In this document: piece after piece, positions 37,867 through 46,671 of the stretch
Numbering within the stretch: the first letter of the stretch is position 1
Layout of the letters: every line of letters begins with the position of its first letter
DNA from: an uncultured Bacteroidales bacterium
GTDB taxonomy: Bacteria; Bacteroidota; Bacteroidia; Bacteroidales; UBA10428
Direction of reading: 5' to 3'
Length of the DNA: 64,000 nt
Assembly: GCA_963821135.1 (NCBI GenBank)
Contig: CAWGCR010000001.1
Span: 145,547 to 209,546, forward strand
Made by a program: the position numbers and the translations under genes
The notes under the pieces: model-generated
Seen by the model: only the letters and a program-made list of their open reading frames with translations
What the model was told of the DNA's origin: nothing
Database searches by the model: none

Positions 37867-39870
37867 TTATTTAAATCTACCTTCAAATTCCTGCCACAAT
37901 GCATCTCTTTCATTCGGTGTAAACTCAATTTCCCAGTTTACTTCAGACAGGACTTTTTTTGTTTCTTCAAATTGAAATGCTTTCCAGGGAACTTCACCTT
38001 CAGCATATAAAATGTCTGGAGCCTGGTCTTGCATCCATTTTCCTGAGGCAAGCTTTTCCATTAGTTTTAAATGCGGTTTATAGTCGAGATATAATCCTCT
38101 GTAAATGGAATTACTGTCAGAAATACTGATTTTCAGTAATCCATGTACAGGCATTGAAAATCTGGCAGCCCCGTCGATCAATTTTTCAGTTTTAAGCAAT
38201 GAACCATTAATGAAAATATCAATGCTTGCCTCACTAATGTTGTTACCTTCAGGAGTGAGTAATGTTAAATTCACTTCAGATACCATAGGTTTAGGATCCT
38301 CCAAACCTTTGGGCCAAAAATAGAAAGGGCTGGTAATGCATACATTATGAATATCACCATTATATGGCGGAGTTTCAATTTTGAGTGATTTGTCACATAT
38401 TTTAATGATATCAAGATGTTCAGGATTTTCCCAGGCTTTTTTACCATAGGCTTTAACAACGTACCATGCCTGCTCTGTTTCAACAATTTCAAGAGATTCT
38501 TTAAATATTCGCAATTTTTCTTTCCGGGTGTCCCAAAGCTTAAAAATTTCACCATTTCTGTAAACAATAACATAGGAGAGATAATCTTCTATATCACCGG
38601 AAGCAAAAGCCTCTATATTCAAGCTGTGTTTACGGTGGTCAATTCTTATAATTTCTCCAATAGTATACTTTTCATCAATATTAACCTTAATAATGGGTCC
38701 GGAGGTAACAAAGGTTTCCCCACGACGAACAGCATCTGCAGCATGGGGTATTGAAAAATTGCCATTACATTGATAATAAGTTCGCATGGAACCGTAATAA
38801 AACCTGTCGTTTATTCCCAAACCACCATCCAGTTCAGAAATTGCCGGCATCCTGTATCCCTGATTTAAAATATGAAACCACAAATTCTGATATTGATAAT
38901 GATCGTGATTGTATCCCATCACCACCAATCCATCCCAAATTTTTCCTGCTAAAAGTCCAAACGACAGATAGGATGCAACATTTGTTGTATATTTTGTTAT
39001 CTCTCCACGTTTTTGCCACCACCATGAGGTAGGATGCGGCATGATAGCTACGGCACTATCTGCCTTTTTAAATCGCTGTACTACTTCGATATCTGGAATA
39101 TATGGAAAATTAATATCATCAAAACTCCATGCCGTTCCTGTTTTGGACTGGTAATATTTTTGTTCGTAGTTTTCGTCCATGCTATTCCAGTAATAGTCCC
39201 TTGTACTGGTTTGTCCAATCCACCATGTATGACCTGTTCGATATTTTGGCATCTCCGATCCATAATGAATTATAAAACGATCGTCGCAAAATTTGGCATA
39301 TCCACTCTGCCAGGTACTATCGTTATAACCAGCCCAACCCTGCGCCGCACATACAAAATCAATTCCCTGCGCCAGGCATATCTTTCGCACTTTTTCAATC
39401 ATTTCATCATCCTGATCATTGTCGGTATATAAATGGCAATGCCCTCCTCCTGAAATCCAACCTTCTTTTTTAAGGGAACACCATGTTTTGAGGAAAATAT
39501 TTGCTTCAAATCCCTGCTCACGGCTGACCTCGATTTGTACTTCTTGTGATTCGTAATCAATTCCATGATAAATAGAAATACTGTAACTTCCCGCTTTTAA
39601 TTTTTGCTCAAATGAGCCATCTTCATTTGTAAAAAAACCGGGTACATGTTTGTAGTATGAGTTAACGGTTTTACCCGATTCATCAACGATTACAACTCTG
39701 GCGGGTAGTTGTTTTCCGGTTTCTGCATCGGCAACGAATCCTCTGATTCCTGAAAAGGAAACAGGAGTCAAAGCAGTGACAAAATCATTATTTTTTTCTT
39801 CAATTTTATTGCTCTGATTGCAGGAAGTGAATAGTGCCAGCAGCGATAGTATATAAAGGAAATATTTCAT
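37867..39870 (-). CDS. Lipoprotein, CehA/McbA-like (PHP-fold) metallohydrolase
   Basis: Lipobox FTSC; carboxypeptidase-like domain; GWISGGGHCH, GHTW, MPHP, WFHILNQGYRMP, RTY and GETFVTSGP motifs. Confidence 0.65.
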   Translation of the reverse strand: MKYFLYILSLLALFTSCNQSNKIEEKNNDFVTALTPVSFSGIRGFVADAETGKQLPARVVIVDESGKTVNSYYKHVPGFFTNEDGSFEQKLKAGSYSISIYHGIDYESQEVQIEVSREQGFEANIFLKTWCSLKKEGWISGGGHCHLYTDNDQDDEMIEKVRKICLAQGIDFVCAAQGWAGYNDSTWQSGYAKFCDDRFIIHYGSEMPKYRTGHTWWIGQTSTRDYYWNSMDENYEQKYYQSKTGTAWSFDDINFPYIPDIEVVQRFKKADSAVAIMPHPTSWWWQKRGEITKYTTNVASYLSFGLLAGKIWDGLVVMGYNHDHYQYQNLWFHILNQGYRMPAISELDGGLGINDRFYYGSMRTYYQCNGNFSIPHAADAVRRGETFVTSGPIIKVNIDEKYTIGEIIRIDHRKHSLNIEAFASGDIEDYLSYVIVYRNGEIFKLWDTRKEKLRIFKESLEIVETEQAWYVVKAYGKKAWENPEHLDIIKICDKSLKIETPPYNGDIHNVCITSPFYFWPKGLEDPKPMVSEVNLTLLTPEGNNISEASIDIFINGSLLKTEKLIDGAARFSMPVHGLLKISISDSNSIYRGLYLDYKPHLKLMEKLASGKWMQDQAPDILYAEGEVPWKAFQFEETKKVLSEVNWEIEFTPNERDALWQEFEGRFK

Positions 39871-39904
39871 GGCTAGATTGTTCTTAAAATTTCTCTTTTC
39901 GTTT

Positions 39905-39937
39905 ATTAAAAAACAGGATTGAAGGATTATACCCTAC
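39905..39937 (-). promoter_or_regulatory. Putative ECF-sigma promoter, copy B
   Basis: Minus strand GTAGGGTA-TAATCCTTCAATC-CTGTTTTTTAAT, about 35 nt before ATG 39870. Confidence 0.75.
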
Positions 39938-40079
39938 TTGATTTGTAAAGAAATGCATCATCTATTTTTATTGATTATTGTTCAGTTGATCGATTTTTTG
40001 TATCGTTTGTAAAATAGGTCAAAAACAGGTGGAGCTTTCGTTGACGATTACTGGTTTGATTGAAAAATGACCAAAATTC

Positions 40080-41969
40080 CTACTCCTCTTTTAATACCAG
40101 TTTTAAACCCCAATCATTATCTGATGGAAATTCCGGCAATTCAATTCTTCCCCATCGGTCTGTCTGAAGTATTCCTTCGTTAATCGTTATCCATTCACCT
40201 GTTCGAGGATTGAACCAATGTGCATGGTATATGGCATTAATTTTTGCTCCACGGATTGTACTTTTTATACAATCTTTTTCAAAGTAGGCAAGAAAATAAT
40301 CCCTGTTTTCAGTAGCAGCACAATACGCCCATCCGGTAAAAGCTTTTAACTCATGCGTTTTATTAGGTGAGACCAGATCGCTGTTAGGTATAAGGTCCAT
40401 GTATCTTTTCCCTTCCGATAAAGAAAAAGTCTCTAAATGTTGCATATAAGTTGCAGAGATCCAAAGAAATGCATCCCACATATAAGGATCTGATCCCGAT
40501 TCCACATCTCCGCCCCAGAGACCCTGAGCGCCATAAATGATCCCGCCAAAACCGCCAGACAGAAAATTTCCATAGATGGCTGATCGCGTATAGAGTGCGT
40601 CCAGTTTGGATCCTCCTACCGGAACACTTTCATCTGAACCGTATCTAGTATCGCTTAAACCTGAATAATAGGGCTCACCATTAATGGCCGGCATGGAAGG
40701 CTCATTATGAAAAATTTCAGTCAGGTACCAATAATACTCATGTTCACGCCAATTCCCCGTTTGATGAAAAGTGATCCATTTATTATCCTCAAATTGACCA
40801 AAATTGATAAGCGAGGATGGAGATGCATTACATGAAACCAATGTTCCAAATGGCGGTGCTCCATATTTTTCGATAACGAAATTACCAACATCATTTATAT
40901 CTTTCTCCGATACCGCCATATGCCAGTGATCGTAATGCATGGGACTGTATAAGCAGCTATTGGCCTGATACCTGGCCCAGATATATTGAATGTACCTTGC
41001 GTAGGAATCGGGCCATCCATAAAATTCTTTCCAGGCCGAGCTGGCATCCCGACGCATTATTTCAATAAAGGGGATAAATCCATTCTCATTTAAGTAATCG
41101 ATTTTTCTATCCATATATTTAAAATACTCCGGATTAATCCTGTCTATATCAGGATAAACTTCTTCATAACCGGGTATCTTACCTGGAAACATAAAAGCCC
41201 TTCCTCCTTCGTTGTGCATGTCTTTGGCCCTCGTTTTGTCTCTCAACTCTCCTCCGCGCATATCTCCCTGGTGTACCCATGCTGAACGGACGCCCAGGTT
41301 CGCTTTTTCGTCTAGGACGATCCTCCAGGGATAACCATCCTCGGCCCATGCAGGAAATGCTGCTAGCATGGCAATGGCATTAAATCCCTGTTCCTTCCTG
41401 AATCTTACATAATCTTTAAACCCTGCCTGCGGTCCTATGGGTCGTTCCTGATCATCTTCATACCAGGGAAATCGAAACGTTGGAGTACTCCACCAGGTAT
41501 CTCCCAGAAGAATGAAGGGTGTTCCGTCGGCGTATTCAAAGGCATGACCATTTATTGTAGGTTTAATAAATCCGCGTCTGGTAGCTAATTCTTCCTTCTC
41601 CTTTTCCGACCATTCGATGGCTCTAAAACTGCCTGATTGTCCATTAAGACCATTATCTATTCTATTTGATCCACTTTCCCATGTCCATTCTCCAGGAGTG
41701 TTAGCAAGTATTCTCACTTTAAATACATTTTCACCATCCCAGAAGCCATAACAACGTTTCTCAAAATCCGGTCCTTTAAGATCGATCCAAATATCAAGCT
41801 CGGTATAGGGATTTTTATAAGCTTCCTGAGCTATAAAGGTGAGCTCTATTTTTTCCCAAACATGAAATTCCTCCTGAGCAGTAACCCTAAATGAAAACAA
41901 TAAATAGAAACAAAGTAGAATGATTATAGAAAAGTGCAAGTTATTTTGTGCGGTGATTTTTGTACCCAT
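40080..41969 (-). CDS. DUF5060/DUF4038 (apiosidase GH140-like) protein with a C-terminal collagen-binding-like domain
   Basis: WEKIELTF...NPY...GFWDGENVFKVR, YADGTPFILLGDTWW, RKEQGFNAI, NPEYFKYMD, PAINGEPYY and WFNPRTGEW motifs. Confidence 0.75.
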   Translation of the reverse strand: MGTKITAQNNLHFSIIILLCFYLLFSFRVTAQEEFHVWEKIELTFIAQEAYKNPYTELDIWIDLKGPDFEKRCYGFWDGENVFKVRILANTPGEWTWESGSNRIDNGLNGQSGSFRAIEWSEKEKEELATRRGFIKPTINGHAFEYADGTPFILLGDTWWSTPTFRFPWYEDDQERPIGPQAGFKDYVRFRKEQGFNAIAMLAAFPAWAEDGYPWRIVLDEKANLGVRSAWVHQGDMRGGELRDKTRAKDMHNEGGRAFMFPGKIPGYEEVYPDIDRINPEYFKYMDRKIDYLNENGFIPFIEIMRRDASSAWKEFYGWPDSYARYIQYIWARYQANSCLYSPMHYDHWHMAVSEKDINDVGNFVIEKYGAPPFGTLVSCNASPSSLINFGQFEDNKWITFHQTGNWREHEYYWYLTEIFHNEPSMPAINGEPYYSGLSDTRYGSDESVPVGGSKLDALYTRSAIYGNFLSGGFGGIIYGAQGLWGGDVESGSDPYMWDAFLWISATYMQHLETFSLSEGKRYMDLIPNSDLVSPNKTHELKAFTGWAYCAATENRDYFLAYFEKDCIKSTIRGAKINAIYHAHWFNPRTGEWITINEGILQTDRWGRIELPEFPSDNDWGLKLVLKEE

Positions 41970-42002
41970 AATATATCATTAAGTCTGTTTTCCCATTGAT
42001 TA

Positions 42003-42827
42003 TTATTCATCCATAGCTATTCTGAATCCCATAAAGTTGTACCAAATGATTTCAGTATTAATATATCGAAATGAGGTCCTGCACCTCCATGCCTCCTCTT
42101 TCCAGCTTCCCCCTCTAACTATTCTGTGTGTTCCTAAATTAGGCCCTTTGGGATTAACAGATTGACTTCTGCTATAATATGCTTTTTCATAAAAGTCCTG
42201 GCACCATTCAGCAACATTTCCACTCATGTCGTGGATGCCTAATTCATTGCTCATTTTTGTACCTACCCTTCTGGGACCCTCCATATTGGTGTTATCGGCA
42301 AACCATGCTACCTCATCTATTTTTTTACTCCCACTATAGGCATAGCCTTTGCTTCTTGTAGCTCCTTTAGCTGCAAATTCCCACTGAGCCTCAGTCGGTA
42401 AATGGTATTTTTTTTCGGTTTTTAGGCTTAACCATTCACAATATTCAACTGCATCGTACCAGCTTATATTAACCATTGGGTAATCGTCAATCCATCCCCA
42501 TGGTGGAACCTCAGGCATAATACGTCCAACAGCTTGACAAAAATCGCGGAATTGTTTTACGGTCACTTCATACTTACCAATATGATAGCTACTGAGCGTA
42601 ACTTCATGCAACGGCTTTTCATCTTCGTCTACACCATCTAGCTCGCTTCCCATGCTGAAACTTCCACCAATTACATATATCATTTCGGGAGCTTGCCAGT
42701 TTTTATAAAACCAAGTATTGTTCCTATTTAGTATGACAGTATCACCATTTGGAGTAACAGCCTCTTTTTGAGCTGTAACTATACAAAAAGACCAGAAGAT
42801 AAAAAAAATAAACAAAAACTTATTCAT
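42003..42827 (-). CDS. Exported FGE-sulfatase (SUMF1-like) domain protein
   Basis: Signal peptide; GGSFSMGS, EVTV, LPTEAQWEFAA, NELGIHDMSGNVAEW and RGGSW...GFR motifs. Confidence 0.85.
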   Translation of the reverse strand: MNKFLFIFFIFWSFCIVTAQKEAVTPNGDTVILNRNNTWFYKNWQAPEMIYVIGGSFSMGSELDGVDEDEKPLHEVTLSSYHIGKYEVTVKQFRDFCQAVGRIMPEVPPWGWIDDYPMVNISWYDAVEYCEWLSLKTEKKYHLPTEAQWEFAAKGATRSKGYAYSGSKKIDEVAWFADNTNMEGPRRVGTKMSNELGIHDMSGNVAEWCQDFYEKAYYSRSQSVNPKGPNLGTHRIVRGGSWKEEAWRCRTSFRYINTEIIWYNFMGFRIAMDE

Positions 42828-42926
42828 AATCAAATAGTTATACCGGTGATTCTTTGGAACTACAAATAGAAGGAAGAGTTCAGTTAATCAGTATTTAATA
42901 TGGAATTGTGAATTAGGTTTCACAAC

Positions 42927-45900
42927 TTATCTGACAATCAGTTTTCTGGTTACGCATGCCTCATGGTTAATAATATTCACAAAATATACACCTGAATTAA
43001 GATTATCGGTTGGCAATGAAAATTCTTCATTGTTGCCTGCATTAATTTTACTTAGTACAACTCTGCCATTTAAATCTTTCAGGCTGATAATCGCGTTTTT
43101 GAGTACTTCACCCTTAAGGTTTAACGGACCACCCTCAATTGGATTCGGATATATAATAAAATGTGATAGTGCTTTGTTATATACTAAGATGGGATTTGCA
43201 AAAACAGAAATAGTGCAGATGTCTTCAAAATCACCGTCGTCTGTAGTTACTGTTATTTCGGTATTTCCAACTGATTGAGCCGTTACAACACCATCGGAAC
43301 TTACTATTGCGACCAATTCATTTGAAGAACTCCAGCTAACATTCTGATTGCTGGCAGAATCGGGACTGACTTCCGCTGTTAAGTTATAAGAGGTGCCCAC
43401 TTCCAGGGAATCAACCGGGCAATTACCGATGACAACACCTTCAGTTAATACAGCTGCTTCAAAATCAATCCAGTTAATGTTAAAGGGATTGCCTGTGTTT
43501 TTGATTATTAAACTTTGCTGCCCTTCCTCGAGCGGGATAACCGAGATCACATTTATCCATTCTACCCACCCTCCTGTGTTTGGAATGCTTATGGTATCAA
43601 GAACACTTGTTCCACTGATTAACTCAAATTCGCCAGCATCCATTCCCCTGGCAACCCTGAATGTAGCCAGGTAATAGTCTGAATGCTCAACTTTAACTGC
43701 ATACTCCAGTGATTCTTGTTCATCAAACCAACCAACATAATCAGTACCATCGGTATCCTGTGCATCATCAACCTGAACTTCTCCCACAACAGCGTCATAA
43801 TCTTCGGCCTCGATTCTTCCCGGAATGTCTTTTCCTGAGAGCGTAAGCGTATCAAGAACATTGCTGGCCTCGGAAGTATATCCTGCATAATCAATGGCTT
43901 TAACATAAATTTCATACCTGCTATCTGCCATTAGATCTTCAATGGTACAATAGTTCAAAATCGATGTCCGCCAAATTGAATCGTTCACATAGACCTCATA
44001 TTCTTTAACTTCAGCATCATCGGTTGATGGATCCCAGGCTATACTTATAGCTAGTCGCTCAGTATTGGTAACATGAAGATTTCCGGGGACCGATGGATTT
44101 TTATCATCAACCACTACCAAAACAGTCTTTGATTTCTTAGTCTCACCCTCATTATACGCTAGGGCAGATATATTATAAACTCCAGCCGGTACAGTGTCTA
44201 AAATAAATTCATAAGGAGAAGTATCATCTTCTCCTACCATTATAGATCCTGAATACAGTTCAACTCTAGAAATAGTTCCTTCATATGTCGAAGCCGAAAC
44301 TAAAACTGCAACATCTGCACCCGGAATAAAGACAGTATCTTTTCCAGGTGAATCAATTTGGACAAGCATCTGCTTACCAGAGGATAAGGATTTCAGATAG
44401 GAAAACAGTGAAGCCATCGGAGAAATGGTTTCATATACGGTATATTCACCTGCCGGAACATAATACCGGATATCATTGCATTGTTCCATTAAGGGCCAGT
44501 CGTGCGGATCAGCAGGCTCCTTAAAATAATTCGGATCATAAACTGTATTAGTATGTTTAAAGGGTGGAATACCCGGTATCCAACCCGGAACATCGTCATA
44601 TGTAGATTCGAGGTTTAGCATATCCCTGAATGATCTTTCTGCATTTACAGATTCTGCACCACTAATAGAAACCTGTTGATCGTTGTTGACACCAAGATAA
44701 AAATCGGCAGTAGCAAACAAATAATCTAAAATTTCTTCATCGTCAGAAAGATGGTGATGCACCATTTGTAGCATGACATGCGGGTAATAACCTCCCCAGC
44801 TAACACCCCAATTAGACCTTCTGATATAACGCAAAGCCCTTTCCCTGGCCTGATCTGTTCCTTCCGTTAATGCTTGATTCTCTATTCTTGATTTCAAACT
44901 ATTTTGAAGATTCTTATCTTCAGTGGTAAAATTGGCCCAACGGTCGGAAGGAGTAAGACAAAAAACGAATGATCCTTTTTCCTTTTGTAGATCATTATAC
45001 CAGAATATACACTCATTAAAATCATCGATATATTGATGATTTCCTGTAATCCTGTATAAACTTGCTGCGGCATAATATTTCTGTACTATGTATTCCTTTC
45101 CCTCATTTCCCGGACTGGCTGTTTCGGCCCAGGAATAGGCATCTTCGGATTCCTGCACCCAATCGTCAATTACAGCTTGCTCAGCTCCTGCAAGTTCCAG
45201 ACAATATGCAAGCTGTGCTGCCAAACCGGAAAACTGCCAGGTTGTTATTGCTTCCTCTCCATAAGCATACCACATATGATCGTCTTCCCATGACGGATGA
45301 TAATAGCCCGTAGTTTCCAATCCTCCACAAATTCCACCGGTAGGGCCTTTCAATCTTCTGTAAAAATCAATGCCCCATTGAGCCTCATCAAGAATATCCG
45401 GATATCCATTACCGCTTTCAGGAATATTTAATTCCCCATCCTGAAATCTGTCAGGATGCATTTCATATATCAGCATCAGGTCTGTACTGACCTGCATATG
45501 CGTGCGTCTTCTGTCACAATCGGCGGCATCAAAATATCCACCCCATCCCCATCCATCGGATTCATCATTCATGTGGGGATGTGGATTATCAGGCCAAATC
45601 CATTCGGTAGCTGTAGCCGGTAGCTGATCAAAATTTATTCCGTCATCGCCCTGATACAGATGAGTTGAGTAGGTAACTTTAAAATTATTCACTCCGGGAG
45701 TATGGTCAACCGGCTTAACGAAGGGAGTATGTTCAGTTGTTCTCTCCGGGCCACTCCTCTGGTGATAAAGTCCCCTGGTAAGAAGATACGCTAAATCGGT
45801 ATACACATCTTTATCAATTCTGAATGGGAAGGAGCAGCCGATTCCTTCAACAGCAATCCTGTATTCACCAGGAGCTATGTTAACTGTAATACCAATTTCT

Positions 45901-46625
45901 GAAAAGTCACATTCCCAGATGTCACTGCCATGCCAACCAATGTTGGAAAAACTTGTGTTTTCCAATTGTAATTCACTTCTTAATTGTACACTCTTTCCAT
46001 AATCAGCACTAGAATAGACTATACTGTTATCAGAATTTCGAAGCAGGTAAAAGTTATTCCCTTCACAGGAAGAGAAATCAGTTCCACCGTCTGTACCCAT
46101 CCATTGATAGATATAGGCATACTTCATCCCTGCATTTGGGGCATAACCTACCTGGTTAATATGAATCGATTCGGAACGAAGATTTCTTGTGTTAAAAGTG
46201 AAAGTTTCAGAACTTCTGTTTGAGGCCAGGTCTCCCCAGCTAAGTGTATATGTTTTGTCTTCTGTTAGCTCATCAGGCAATTGCAGGTATACCCAATATG
46301 ACATGAGGGAACCTTCAATCTTGGCTTTATAGCTTATACTACTTGGATTTATCGACGTTGTATAATTCGGATCATCCGTGCTGGTTATAGTATAAGTAGC
46401 TGTGTTTTTTGCAGAAGCCTCATTAATAGGGCCTGAGTTCCAAATATCAGGGCAGATTGAGGATGTAAATTCGTGACACTCAGCAAAATTTTTCTCACCT
46501 TCCCGAAAATGCAACAATAAATAGTCTCCTTTTACAGGCGACACAAAAATTATATCGGCTGCTAGCAATCCATTAAAGAACAAAGTTAAAATGCCGAGCA
46601 ATAAAGCAAAAAATTTAGTTTTCAT
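42927..46625 (-). CDS. Modular GH9-like glycoside hydrolase (Ig-GH9-Ig-FN3-CBM6-like-Big_2) with a T9SS sorting domain
   Basis: IHINQVGY, LYHQRSG, GGYFDAADCDRR, DEAQWGIDF, ADFYLGVN and D-x8-E; FN3 WDPSTDD; CBM6-like IPGRIEAEDYD...TGGW...NINW; Big_2 WSSSNELVAIV; CTD IYPNP...SGVYFV...KLIV. Confidence 0.8.
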   Translation of the reverse strand: MKTKFFALLLGILTLFFNGLLAADIIFVSPVKGDYLLLHFREGEKNFAECHEFTSSICPDIWNSGPINEASAKNTATYTITSTDDPNYTTSINPSSISYKAKIEGSLMSYWVYLQLPDELTEDKTYTLSWGDLASNRSSETFTFNTRNLRSESIHINQVGYAPNAGMKYAYIYQWMGTDGGTDFSSCEGNNFYLLRNSDNSIVYSSADYGKSVQLRSELQLENTSFSNIGWHGSDIWECDFSEIGITVNIAPGEYRIAVEGIGCSFPFRIDKDVYTDLAYLLTRGLYHQRSGPERTTEHTPFVKPVDHTPGVNNFKVTYSTHLYQGDDGINFDQLPATATEWIWPDNPHPHMNDESDGWGWGGYFDAADCDRRRTHMQVSTDLMLIYEMHPDRFQDGELNIPESGNGYPDILDEAQWGIDFYRRLKGPTGGICGGLETTGYYHPSWEDDHMWYAYGEEAITTWQFSGLAAQLAYCLELAGAEQAVIDDWVQESEDAYSWAETASPGNEGKEYIVQKYYAAASLYRITGNHQYIDDFNECIFWYNDLQKEKGSFVFCLTPSDRWANFTTEDKNLQNSLKSRIENQALTEGTDQARERALRYIRRSNWGVSWGGYYPHVMLQMVHHHLSDDEEILDYLFATADFYLGVNNDQQVSISGAESVNAERSFRDMLNLESTYDDVPGWIPGIPPFKHTNTVYDPNYFKEPADPHDWPLMEQCNDIRYYVPAGEYTVYETISPMASLFSYLKSLSSGKQMLVQIDSPGKDTVFIPGADVAVLVSASTYEGTISRVELYSGSIMVGEDDTSPYEFILDTVPAGVYNISALAYNEGETKKSKTVLVVVDDKNPSVPGNLHVTNTERLAISIAWDPSTDDAEVKEYEVYVNDSIWRTSILNYCTIEDLMADSRYEIYVKAIDYAGYTSEASNVLDTLTLSGKDIPGRIEAEDYDAVVGEVQVDDAQDTDGTDYVGWFDEQESLEYAVKVEHSDYYLATFRVARGMDAGEFELISGTSVLDTISIPNTGGWVEWINVISVIPLEEGQQSLIIKNTGNPFNINWIDFEAAVLTEGVVIGNCPVDSLEVGTSYNLTAEVSPDSASNQNVSWSSSNELVAIVSSDGVVTAQSVGNTEITVTTDDGDFEDICTISVFANPILVYNKALSHFIIYPNPIEGGPLNLKGEVLKNAIISLKDLNGRVVLSKINAGNNEEFSLPTDNLNSGVYFVNIINHEACVTRKLIVR

Positions 46626-46671
46626 AATAATTTCTTTAAAATTGTAATAGATTCTGAAGCTTTAAATCTAT

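Noticed and set aside
23444-42827. FGE/C-type-lectin-fold genes as diversity-generating retroelement targets
   Set aside because: No reverse transcriptase and no template repeat matching either C-terminal region was seen in the window.
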